Source of the DNA: Jimgerdemannia flammicorona
Taxonomy: Eukaryota
Direction of reading: 5' to 3'
Assembly (NCBI GenBank): GCA_003990765.1
Contig: RBNJ01000207.1
Location: forward strand, 1 to 36,673
Length of the DNA: 36,673 nucleotides
Shown: positions 22,482-33,347 of the stretch, in pieces
How the letters are laid out: every line of letters begins with the position of its first letter
Numbering within the stretch: the first letter of the stretch is position 1
The notes under the pieces: model-generated
Database searches by the model: none
Told to the model about the DNA's origin: nothing
The model's input: the letters and a program-made list of their open reading frames with translations, nothing else
Made by a program: the position numbers and the translations under genes

Positions 22482-23630
22482 TTATATAGGTTTGTGATAC
22501 TTCTTGAGTCTGTTCCTATATACTATGGTAGGCAATATGGTCCCTGAGATTTTTCTAAGCCAGAAGATAGTTCCTTTGATATTTTGTACATAGAAGAGTC
22601 CTTCCCATTTGGGCTCCAGTTTTTGTGACTATGAGGCTTCTACTATATTTTGATACAGTAGGACCTTTTCTCCAATTCAGATGGGTTCTAGGGTCTTGTG
22701 ATTCTTTTCTGTATTCTTTCTTATCAGTAGTTATGACTTGATAATGTAATCTTCAGCCTTCTTCCTGATTTGGTGTAGTCTCCAGATTTCTACATCAACC
22801 CATCTCTAAGTTAGGTCTAGATTTATAGCTGAGGTTTTATCAGAATCTTCTTCTCTGAAGAGCAGCTCCCTTGGGGTAAAGTATGTGCTCTGTGATTGTA
22901 TATCTCATAGGACAGAGAGGGCAGTTGGGAGATAGTTATTCCAATTCTCATATATCTCTGAGATCTTCACCAGGACATTCTTGAGGGTCTTGTTGGTTCT
23001 TTCTGTCTGTCCATTTCCTTGAGGGTGGTATGTAGTGGTCTTGATGTACTGGATCTTGTATTTCTGATCTATTATCTTGTGGAATTCATTGACAAATTCT
23101 GTACCATAGTCTGTTGTGATTTGCTTTGGTGTCTTGTAGCAGCAGATGATTTCTTGGTGTAGGAAGTCAGCTATAGAGAGAGCATTGGCTTCTTGTAATG
23201 CTCCTACTTCTATTCATTTGATAAAGAGGTCTATAATAACTATAATATAGCAGTTTCCTGATGGTGTTACTGGTAGTGGCCCAATGATATCCATTGTGAT
23301 GTGGTGGAAGGGAATAGACTCAATTCTTGATGACTCAGGTGCCTGGTCTTACTGATCTTATTTCTGTTTTTGGCACTTGTCACACCCTTTGACAAATTGG
23401 TGCAGGTCTTCTTCTATTTTGGGCCACTATATGGTTCTTCTTGCCTTGTTATATGTGTTGGTTCCTCCTAGGTGTCCTTGCTTGTGTACTTCCTTCATTA
23501 CTTGATACTTCTTATATTTGGGTATTACTAGCTTTCCTCCTTTTCTGAGTATAGTGTTGTCTAGTTCAAACTGTTTCCAAGTCTGGTTGATAGTGGTGAT
23601 TGTCCAGGGTTTGAGGTGGTCGGGCATCTT
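22482..23630 (-). pseudogene. Integrase (HHCC, DDE core, GPY/F-like C-terminus); no chromodomain seen
   Basis: EVHKQGHLG...CDKC, MDIIGPLP, TDYGTEF, YHPQGNGQTERTN, KLEPKWEG, RNRLKKY. Confidence 0.92.
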
Positions 23631-23699
23631 CTACTGCCCAAGATAGCTGATTAATCCATAGAATAGCTCCTTATTCATGTTGAGTAATCTTGATGGGAG

Positions 23700-25000
23700 T
23701 ATTTCAGGGTATCCTTGAGAGTGCATCAGCATTGGTGTTGGTTCTTTCAGAGTGGTGCTTAACAGTACAGTCATACTCTTGCAGCCTGTAGATCTATCTG
23801 ATATATATTCCTTTAGGGTTCAGAGTGTGGAATAGCCAGGCAAGAGCAGAATGGTCTGTTTGAATAGTGAAGTATTTCCTGGTTAGGTAGTAGTGGAACT
23901 TGTCTACTGTCCAGACTACTGCTAAGCGTTCAAGCTTGCATGACTCATAGTTCTGTTCTGCTCCATGAGTACCTTAGCTTGTATAGGAGATGATATATTT
24001 ATATCCATCTTTCTTCTGAGCTAGGACTGCTCCAAGTCCTATAGCACTTGCATCTGTCTGCAGGATGAATTCTAGGTTCCAATCTGGTCTTCTGAGGATA
24101 GGTGCTTGGGTCAATCTGGTCTTGAGTTCATTAAAGATTTCTTGGTGCTTCTTGGTCCATTTGAATTTAGTTTCCTTCTTCAGTAGCTTGTAGATAGGTG
24201 CTGCAATGTTGGAGTATCCTTTGATGAATCTTCTGTAGTAGCTGACCAGTCCAAGAAAGGCGTAGACTTCTATAGTTGTTCTGGGTCTTGGGTAGGCTAC
24301 AACAGCCTCGATCTTCATGGGGTCTGTGTGGATTCTGGTTGATGAGGTGTCCTAGATAGGTGATTTCTTGAGCTGCAAACTTGTATTTCTTGGGCTTTAT
24401 GTAGAGGCCATGCTCCTTGAGCTTCTTGAGGGCTAGCTGTATGTGATTGATATATTCCTATGCAGTATTGCTGAAGATGATCATATCATCAACATAGACA
24501 AAGAGCCATTTTCCAATCTCATTGCTGAAGACTCTGTTTATCATTTGCTGAAAACTTGCTGGGGTATTGCACATTCCAAATGGCATTCACAGGTAGATAT
24601 AGGTGGTGTCAGGTGTGATGAAGGCTAATTTATTACTGGTATCTTGAGTGAGACCAATCTGATGGAAGTCTGGGAACAGATCCAAGGTGGTGTAGTATTT
24701 GGCTTCACTTCTAAGGGTGGTAAGGATTTCTTGAATATTTGGCAAGGGCTGCCTATCCTTCTTGGTGATGGCATTGAGCTTTTTGTAGTCAATATAGAGT
24801 CTTGGTGCAAACTCTCTAGGCTTACTTTCTTTCTTCAGGACAAGGACAATGGGTGAAGCCTAGGGACTGATAGCTTGTTTGATAATTCTGGCTTCTTCTA
24901 TTTTCTTAAGTTCTGCTCACAGTCATTCTCTGTAGGCAGGTGGTATGGGTCTGACTTTCTGGTAGATAGGCTTGGTATCACCAGTGTCAACTTTGTGATA
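23700..25000 (-). pseudogene. Reverse transcriptase and RNase H
   Basis: DLFPDFHQ, MPFGMCNTPASF, VYVDDMIIFS, FLGLVSYYRRFI, LQTDASAIGLGAVLAQ, QTDHSAL, NADALSR. Confidence 0.95.
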
Positions 25001-25164
25001 GTACTTGGGTTCTTGATTGTGGATATCTCTGAAGTCTGTAGCAAGTACTTCTTCATTCTAGTGCAGGATCTTGAGAAGTTATTCTTCTAGGGGAAAGTTT
25101 TCTCCAATGGTATATATGTACTTGTTCTGAGTTTGGTAATCTTAGTGGTGGTATAAGCTCCTCT

Positions 25165-25565
25165 TCTAGTAGATCTAAAGCCTTATTCTCCTCTCTTGGT
25201 CTTGATGAGTTCAATGGCTTCAATGATCTTGGGTTTCTTGATTTTGTGGATCAGCATCTGGCCAATCCTATCATACTTCTTGACTTCAAATGGGGTGGTG
25301 GGGTTGTAATTTCTGACTATGAGGAAGATCTTACCAGTGTAATCAGGGTCAATTACTCCTCCTTTAACTGAGATTTCACTTTTGGCCAGACTGCTCCTGG
25401 TCTTGATAATTCCAATATGGTTTTCTGGCAACTTGAGTCCAATTCCAGTACCAAGTAGGGTGGTGGTCTGTGGTTTGAGGGTAGCATCTTGAATGCTGGC
25501 AAGGTCCATTCCTATGGCTCCTTCAGTCTTATATTCTGAGATCTTAGCTTTGGGGTAAAACTTCT
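25165..25565 (-). pseudogene. dut: dUTPase domain in pol, between protease and RT
   Basis: All five trimeric dUTPase motifs: IGMDL, TRSSLA, GVIDPDYTG, DRIGQ, RGE*GFRST. Confidence 0.95.
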
Positions 25566-25929
25566 TAACCTTGAGGGTGATGTCTGATTCTTATTCCTCC
25601 TCATTATCACTGTCAGCTTGAAGCTCTGGGGGTTGGTCATCTTCTTTGGCTTTCCTTTTTGCTTTGGTGGCTTCTTGCTCATATTTCTGTTGGCAGATTT
25701 TCCTGACTTCACTGATACAGGACCAGCAGTAATTCAGGTGTTCAGAGCAGTACATCCTAGTACCATGGGGGCATCTTCCTTGAGGAGCATAGCTATTGAT
25801 GATCTTGTTGTACTACTGCTCATCTGTGAGCTTGGGTGTCTTGTTCTTGTTCTTGTTTACTGAGTGCATGAAGACCTCTGTGTCCTCTTCATCTCCTTCC
25901 TCTATGTCTGGTAGAACTCCTTTGTGGAT

Positions 25930-26300
25930 ATTGATAGAGACTTATACCTTTCTTTCTCTATAGTTGATCTGCATCTTCTAGGCATTGAGGTCAATGATGG
26001 TCTTGGCCTTGTGAAGCCATTAGTTGCTAATGAGGATATCATAGTTGGTGGCACTTGTAACAATCATATCTACTAGAATGGTAGCTCCTTCTATTTTGAT
26101 GGGGACTTCTTGGATTTTGCCAAGAGGGGTAGCTCATGTACCATCTGCTGTGACATAGACTATCTTGGTAGACTCTTCAATATCTCAGCCTAGGCAGTCA
26201 ATTGCCTTCTTGCTCATAAGGTATTCTCCAACACCAATATCAATGATGGCATCAAAGATACAGTCTTTGATCTGACATAGGGTATAGGCTGATGTCTTGT
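25930..26300 (-). pseudogene. Retropepsin aspartic protease
   Basis: AIIDIGVGEYLMS (decayed DTG) and DILISN*WL; same frame as CCHC, DUT and RH. Confidence 0.85.
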
Positions 26301-26489
26301 ACTGGTCTTCAGATTCTTCACCTAAGTTTTCAGATTCTTCCTGTGCATTGTGAGCTTCTACAATCTTATACTCTTGATTCTTGGCAGTAGTTGTAAGCCC
26401 TACTCTCAACTGCTGTCTGAAGACAGGGACTTCAACTAGCTGTCCAAAAGTAGTATTGACCTTCTATTCCTTGAGGTCCTTATAGATAT

Positions 26490-27750
26490 CATACTAGTGG
26501 ATCTTGGTCTTGTGTAGCTTCTGTTTCTTCTTACTTTCACTTTCTCCTGAGACTGGAGTAGTGTCTTCAATGATTTGACAAACAGCTTTATCTAACTCTA
26601 TGTCTTGATCAATCTCCTCAGGTTGAGTCTTGCTTTGAATAGTGACAGCTGAAGTCTTCTTTGGTCTTCCAACTGGCTTGCTGTTGCTCTTCTTATCATA
26701 GGGCTTGGACCAGGTTCTGGTACCTTCAGTAGCAGGGTAGAATTCAAGCTTCTTATAGTATTCTTCATCATTAGTATTACCAATCTCCTTGATGACTACT
26801 GTATTGATTTGTTCTCTAGTTCTGCTAGTATTGCTTGGTTGGGCTTTGTGTCTCATTTCAGTTATGCAATTCTTTGCATAGTGGCCTTCTTCTCTACATC
26901 TGAAGCATGTGATATTGCATTCTTCTATAGTAGCTGCAAATCTCTGCACTGGTCTCCTGTTGGCACTTTGGACTTCTCTAACAACATCACTAAGATATGT
27001 AGTTATCTTGGTGAACTACTTGGTGAGTTCTTCTACTGGGTCAGCTTTGGCTATCTTGGGGATGGTTGTCTGTTTACAACTGTGGCAAGTATGATACTAG
27101 TTGGCTTTGATGGCTCTATCTTGATACTAGTTATTTTCTCTATTAAGTATTCAGCAGAGTGTCTGGCAGTTCAATATCTCTGTACAAAGACCACTTTCTA
27201 ATCAAGAGTCAGTGCAGCTGAGGTAGACTGAATTGCTAGGAAAATTTCAGGGTAAACTCCTTTAAAGAAGGTTAAATTCACTATTTGTTCCTTGAGGGCA
27301 TCATCATAGCCAGCTAAGACAATCTGGTGGCAGATTCATGTATAGAATGAGTTGGGATCTTCACTAAGTCTCTGGCAGATAGTATTGAGTTGATCCTTGA
27401 GAGCTTGCTTGATCTCTTTAGTATAGTATATTATTCTGAGAAAGGCCTTCATGTTGGCAAGTTTTGCTATACTATTATTGGCAATAGTGGCTGTATTGAA
27501 CTTGTCTCTGGTAGGTCCTCTGAGACTGACTGGTAGAAGGGCCAATTGTGCATCCATACCAAGAGCTTGTATGGTAGCAAATTGTTCAAAGTCTTTAATG
27601 AAGGTCAGGATTGACTCTTCAGTAGTATATCCATAGAATATGAGAGGACATATTTCTATCTTGTCTTGAATTCTTGCAGGAGTGACTCTTGTAGTCAGGG
27701 TAATTATTGTGGGAGTTGTTTGTTTTTCAGCTTGAAAGTGAGGGATTCAT
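26490..27750 (-). pseudogene. Gag with CCHC zinc knuckle
   Basis: PLIFYG...TFIKDFEQFA capsid-like start; CFRCREEGHYAKNC. Confidence 0.9.
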
Positions 27751-27779
27751 CTTGAATCACCAGCCAATGGGTAACAAGT

Positions 27780-29074
27780 TGTCACATAGTAGTCACTGAG
27801 TCCTTCAAATATGCCAGATTCTCTTCAAGGTATATCTCTTAGACTAACTCAAGTTTGTTATAAGCAAGTTCTTATTGGAGTATCTTCCTACAATCTTATA
27901 GTTCTCAAACTTCTTATCTTTAAACTGTCTTGTTATCTCTTAGATTGCTTGCAAGAGATTATATATATTACACTGAGAGGAACTAAATGGACTGACTTTA
28001 TTTCAGAGAAAATAAGAGGGGTATTTATATAAAATATAATTCAATGGTTGCTAAGATATAAAGCTAAATATAAATTCAATAACTAAAATAAAATGCCAGG
28101 ACAGGAAAAACTGCTAAGTTCCAGGGTCGCCACTAATAGTTATACAGGTTCAGGATGCTGGTATAATTCGGTATCACATCAGAATGCCAGTGCTGGCATT
28201 ATTCAGTATTACATCAGAATGCTAGTACTGGTATTATTCAGTATTATATCAGAATACTGGTGCTGGCATTATTCAGTATAACTAAGGAACTTAGAGCAGA
28301 ATGTTCAAGACTATAGAGACTTCATCATCAAAGGTCAGAATGTCTTCAAAGGAGATGAGGTTCACAAATTTGTCATCATTGCATAAGTTATGTATTTTGT
28401 ATACTTCACATGCTTCATTATGTATCTTACATATATCATATAGGATGACATCATTGCTGATGATGTCATTACATTCGGTGGCGAGAAGGAGGCCTGGGGC
28501 TCTCCAGTCTATGAGATTCTCTTCCACAAAATAGAGAACAAATGTGGGGTCTTGGGGAGGTCTAATCTAGATGCTTGGGCCTTAGAATACTGAGATCAAT
28601 CCTTGTAGGAATTGGTCTGGGTTGTCCTGGAGGATGGAGTGCTAGAAGTCTTTTACTTCATTATTATTGAGAATAATAGTGGACTGGGCTTCTATAGTCA
28701 TCCTGGCTTCTAGCACATTGATATGGCAGGATAACAGGTCTCTGAAATCTGAAACTCTAATATACTCCAAGTTGGGGATTGACTATAGTGCATTGATGGA
28801 TCTTCTTAGCTATCCTTATTTCATGTATATCCATGGAAGTAGTATCTTGTAGCTCTTGAGTGCTGGCCTGTGGGAACTCCTGGCAGAGGAGGTTTCTTAT
28901 TTTGTATTCCTGCTATATTTGGAGGCATTCAGTAGCAATGGTGATCCTAGTTTCCATTTCACTACAGTAGAGGATATAGTGATAAGGGTCACCAGTACCC
29001 AGGTTAATACTAGGAGTCCTTCTTGAGCAGGTCCTTATGGCTCTTCTGATGTCTTGGAATATCCTTTCTTTGAC
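27780..29074 (-). repeat. 5' LTR (visible part) with a second, more damaged copy of the LTR ORF (28291-29074)
   Basis: Starts TGTCACATAG on plus; colinear with the 3' LTR up to CTTTCTTTGAC, where the LINE begins; 11-bp deletion near 28793. Confidence 0.92.
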
Positions 29075-31312
29075 ATCGGCTTTCACCAGTAACATTCAGG
29101 TGACACAAGACTCAGACAACACTTTTTACAATGTTTTTGGTATCTGATGACTAACAACATAGATGGCAATGATTGAACTAGTGAGCGTACTGACCAGGGG
29201 AGTGACAGCGCCTTTGGCTGGCAGCAGGTGGGGAGGAGGGGAGATGGTTTGGGGATGCCAGGGGCCTCGATGGCTAGCCAAGGCCCTGGTGGCGGAGGGA
29301 GGGGCGGTCTGAGGCAGAGAGGAGGAGAGGGGTCAACCTTTGCTGACAAGGTCAGAATGGGGAAGATGGCCTCTGGGTTAGATGGTTGGCTGGGCCTGGG
29401 GAAGGCATCAATGGCTACTGCTGGGGGTCAGGGAGGTGTACCCCGGGGTACTTCTGATGGTAGGGAAGGGGCCAGAGTAGGGGCTGGAATTGTGACTATT
29501 GATGGGGCTGTGACTGGGGATCTGGCAAAAAATCCAGATGTGATAGTGGTTGGCAATTCAGGACTTGGAGTGGGCACAAGGCCTGGGGATCTGGCTGATG
29601 GGGTGATGGGCATGGTGTCAGCCCCATTACTCAAGAAGTCGAGGTCAGAATTCGTGGTCACGATGTGCTTCTGGGGCTTGGCAGTGACAGTGAGGATGAT
29701 TTTGAGGCTGGTGGTGTAGGAGGCTAAGGGAGCAGCATCAGTGAAGTTCTTGAGGGGAAAGGAAGGGGTTGAGGTGGGGTTTGAGGAGGAAGACGCCTTG
29801 TTGGCAGCCATGGAGAAGGGGGTGATAGTTGGCGGAGTTGTGGTCTCTATGGCCCAGTGCATGCACTGGGACCCCCGAGTGGTGCAGTTGATAGTATTGG
29901 ACCTCCCAATGGTGTCAAAGGAAAGGACCAGGGAGTTGGTTGTGGAGGCAGTCAAGGAGTATGGCAAGAGTGTGGATGTTGGGTTCAAGGTCTGGGAGGG
30001 CATAGAGCTTAGAACTGGCGATGTCGATGTCAGGGTGAGGCTGGCTGAGAAGGATAATACAGGGAAGTCGAGGGACTGGCCAGCGGCACTGAGGTGGGGA
30101 CCAGTGGAGTGTAAGGTCACCAGGATGAAGGAGATCCTGGAGGAGGAGGAGGATCTGTTGGAGGCTCTGGAGGATCTGGAAGGGGCAGTGGCAAGGAGAA
30201 GATTGGCCTGGAAGGAGTTTGAGGCCAGGATGGTGGTGGGGGAGGTGGATGGAAAGAGGATCCAGATAGAGAAGGGGGCCTGGGAAAAGATGCAGGGGAG
30301 GAGGATCCAGAAGGAGCTGTTGGTGAAGTTGGGTGGGGGTGGGGCTGATGGAAGCTCAGGGGAGGGAGTTGCAGGGTTATGGGAGAGCACCTGGGCTGAG
30401 GGGGGAGAGATGGCCCAGGGTGGGGTTCAGATTGGAGGTGGGGAGGGGAGGGAGGGCAATTTGGAGGCAGATGCCAAAATGAGTGAGGGTGTGCACCCTC
30501 AGTATAGTGTTCCAGATGGGGCAGAGGGGGAGGAGGAGTTGATGGATGTGCCAGATGAGGAGTTGGATGAGTCAGTGAGAAGGAGCATGCTAGTGGACCC
30601 CAAGGTGGATGGAGGACAAATCGCTCAGAGGGCAGCGGAGGCAGTGGATGAGGAGAAGTGGATATGGAAGACCTTGGAAGGGATAGCAGCTGAAGAGCTG
30701 GGGGGTGAGGACTTCAGGATGTTGGAGGAGAAGCATTGGGAGGAGATCCTATGGGGAGAGGAGGTGCTGAGGAAGATGAGGAATGAGATCCTGGCAGTCC
30801 TCCTAGAGTCGGTTAAATATCAGGTTGATGATCAGCATGAGGAGGAACTTAGGAGGATTGCGAGTGACAGAGCAATTTTCTTGTAGAATTCGAGGAAGGG
30901 ACTGAAGAAGTGGCATGCTGTCTGCTTGGACTACAGGGCTGATATAGAGGAAGTGGACAGGGTGGAATATCAGGAAATCTTGGGGCACTGGATACTCAGG
31001 ATAATGCAGAGGGTGAATTGGAAGCTGAGCAGTACTTGGATCTGGTAGGAGATGAGATAAGCATGGAATTATAGGTTGGGGTCTCTATTGCAACATTTCT
31101 TCAATATGAATAGTACAACTAGGATTTTCTCATTGAATGTTAATGGGCTATGGGGGTCGGCTAGGAGGAAGTATATATTTGGTTGGCTTAAGGGACTGGA
31201 TGCAGACCTCTTCTTACTGCAGGATGTTCATTATGAGGCAGATGTAGACTTACAGGATTGGACTAAGAAATTGGGGGGTGCAGCAGTTTGGAGGGAGAAA
31301 GTGTGTATTCTC
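29075..31312 (+). mobile_element. L1/Tx1-like LINE copy A: 5' UTR, ORF1 and start of ORF2, interrupted by copy B
   Basis: Colinear with copy B; ORF1 from about 29147 to 31074, ORF2 ATG at 31106. Confidence 0.93.
29147..31074 (+). pseudogene. LINE ORF1 (RRM-like core, acidic helical C-terminus), copy A
   Basis: Track ORFs 29228-29719 and 29741-30886 are in frame; nonsense changes and one 1-bp deletion near 30985; true start uncertain. Confidence 0.8.
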
Positions 31313-31387
31313 ATCACCGGCTTTCACCAGTAACATTCAGGTGACACAAGACTCAGACAATACTTTTTACAATATTTTTGGTGTCCG

Positions 31388-33316
31388 ACGACTAATAACA
31401 TAGATGGCAACGATTGATCTGGTGAGCGTACTGGCCAGGGGGGTGATGGCACCTTTGGCTGGCAGCAGGTGGAGAGGAGGGGAGATGGTTTGGGGATGCC
31501 AGGGGCCTCGATGGCTAGCTGAGGCCCCAGCGGCAGAGGGAGGGGAGGTCTGAGGCAGAGAGAAGAGGAGAGGTCGACCTTTGCTGACAAGATCAGGATG
31601 GGGAAGATGGCTTCTGGGCTGGATAGTTGGCTGGGCCTGGGGAAGGTATCGATGGCTACTGCTGGGGGTCAGGGAGGTACACCCCAGAGTACTTCTGGTA
31701 GTAGGGTAGGGGCTGGAGTAGGGGCTGGAGATGTGACTGTTGATGGGGCTGTGACTGGGGATCTGGCAAAAAATCCAGATGTGACAGCAGTTGGCAATTT
31801 GGGGCTTGGAGTGGGCACGAGGCCCGGGGACCTGGTGGATGGGGTGACGGGCATGGTGTCAGCCCTGTTACTCAAGAAGTTGAGGTCTGAATTCATGGTC
31901 ATGATGTGCTTCCAGGGCTTGGCAGTGACGGTGAGGATGATTTTGGGGCTAGTGGCACAGGAGGCTAAGGGAGTGGCATCGGTGAAGTTCTTGAGGGGAA
32001 AGGAAGGGGTTGAGGTGGGGTTTGAGGAGAAGGACACCTTGTTGGTGGCCATGGAGAAGGGGATGATGGTTGGCGGGGTTGTGGTCCCTATGGCCCGGTG
32101 TATGTGCTGGGACCCCTGGGTGGTACAGTTGACAGTGTTGGACCTCCCTACAGTGTCGAAGAAAAGGACCAGGGAGTTGGTTGTGGAGGCGATCAAGGAG
32201 TATGGCGAGATTGTGGATGTTGGGTTCAAGGTCTGGGAGGGCACGGAGCTTAAAACTGGAGATGTTGATGTCAGGGTGAGACTGGCTGGAAAGGAGAATA
32301 CGGGGAAGTTGAGGGACTGGCCAGCTGCACTGAGGTGGGGACTGGTGGAGTGTAAGGTCACTAGGGTGAAGGGGACTCAGGAGGAGGAGGAGGACCTGTT
32401 GGAGGCTCTGGAGGATCTGGAAGGGGCAGTTGCAAGGAGGAGATTAGCCTGGAAGGAGTTTGAGACCAGGATGGTGGTGGGGGAGGTGGATGGGCAGAGG
32501 GTTCGGATGGAGAAGAGGGCCTGGGAGAAGTTGTAGGGGAGGAGGATTCAGAAGGAGTTGTTGGCACAGTTGGGCAGAGGTGGGGCTGGTGGAAGCTCCG
32601 GGGCGGGGGCTGCAGGGTTGCAGGAGAGTGCCTGGGCTGAAGGGAGAGAGATGGCCCAGGGCGGGGCTCCGATTGGAGTCAGGGAGGGGAGGGAGGATAC
32701 CTTGGAGGTGGATGCTGAAATGGGAGAAGGTGGGCACCCTCAGTATAGTGTTCCAAATGGGGCAGGAGGCGAGGAAGAGCTAATGGATGTGCCAGATGAG
32801 GAGTGGGATGAGTCAGTGAGGAGGAGCGCGCTGGTGGACCCCAAGGTGGATGGGGGACAGATTGCTCAGGGGGCAGTGGAGGCAGTAGATGAAGAGAAGT
32901 GGATGTGGAAGACCCTGGAAGGGGTAGTGGCTGAGGAGCTGGGGGGTGAGGACTTCAGGGTGATGGAGGAGAGGCATTGGGAGGAGATTCTACATGGGGA
33001 AAAGGTGCCAAGGAAGATGAGGAATGAGATCCTGGCTGTCCTCCTGGAGTCGGTTGAGTATCAGGTTGATGATCAGTGAGAGGAGGAGCTTAGAAGGATT
33101 GCGAGTGACAGGGCACTTGTCTTGTGGAACTCGAGGAAGGGACTAGAGAAGTGGCGAGCAGTCTGCTTGGATTACAGGGCAGATATGGAGGAGGTGGACA
33201 GGGTGGAGTATCAGGAAATCTTGGGGGCACTGGATGCTCGGGATATTGTGGAGGGTGAATTGGAAGCTGAGCGGCTCTTGGACTTGGCGAGGGATGAGAT
33301 GAGCATGGAATTATAG
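31388..33316 (+). pseudogene. LINE ORF1, copy B
   Basis: Track ORFs at 31598, 32558 and 33122 share one frame and end SMEL*; start uncertain. Confidence 0.85.
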
Positions 33317-33347
33317 GTTGAGGTCTCTTCTACATTATCTATTCAAT

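Larger units (their letters stand above)
20519..29074 (-). mobile_element. Ty3/gypsy LTR retrotransposon (family 2) with dUTPase and ORF-bearing LTRs; 5' LTR interrupted by a LINE
   Basis: Paired LTRs, PPT, domain order gag-CCHC-PR-DUT-RT-RH-IN. Confidence 0.95.

Noticed and set aside
24443..27636. Plus-strand short ORFs over gag-pol
   Set aside because: Antisense shadows of the minus-strand polyprotein
29428..32361. Long minus-strand ORFs (320 aa, 230 aa) over LINE ORF1
   Set aside because: Ser/Pro/Thr-rich antisense shadows of a G-rich coding strand with no motifs
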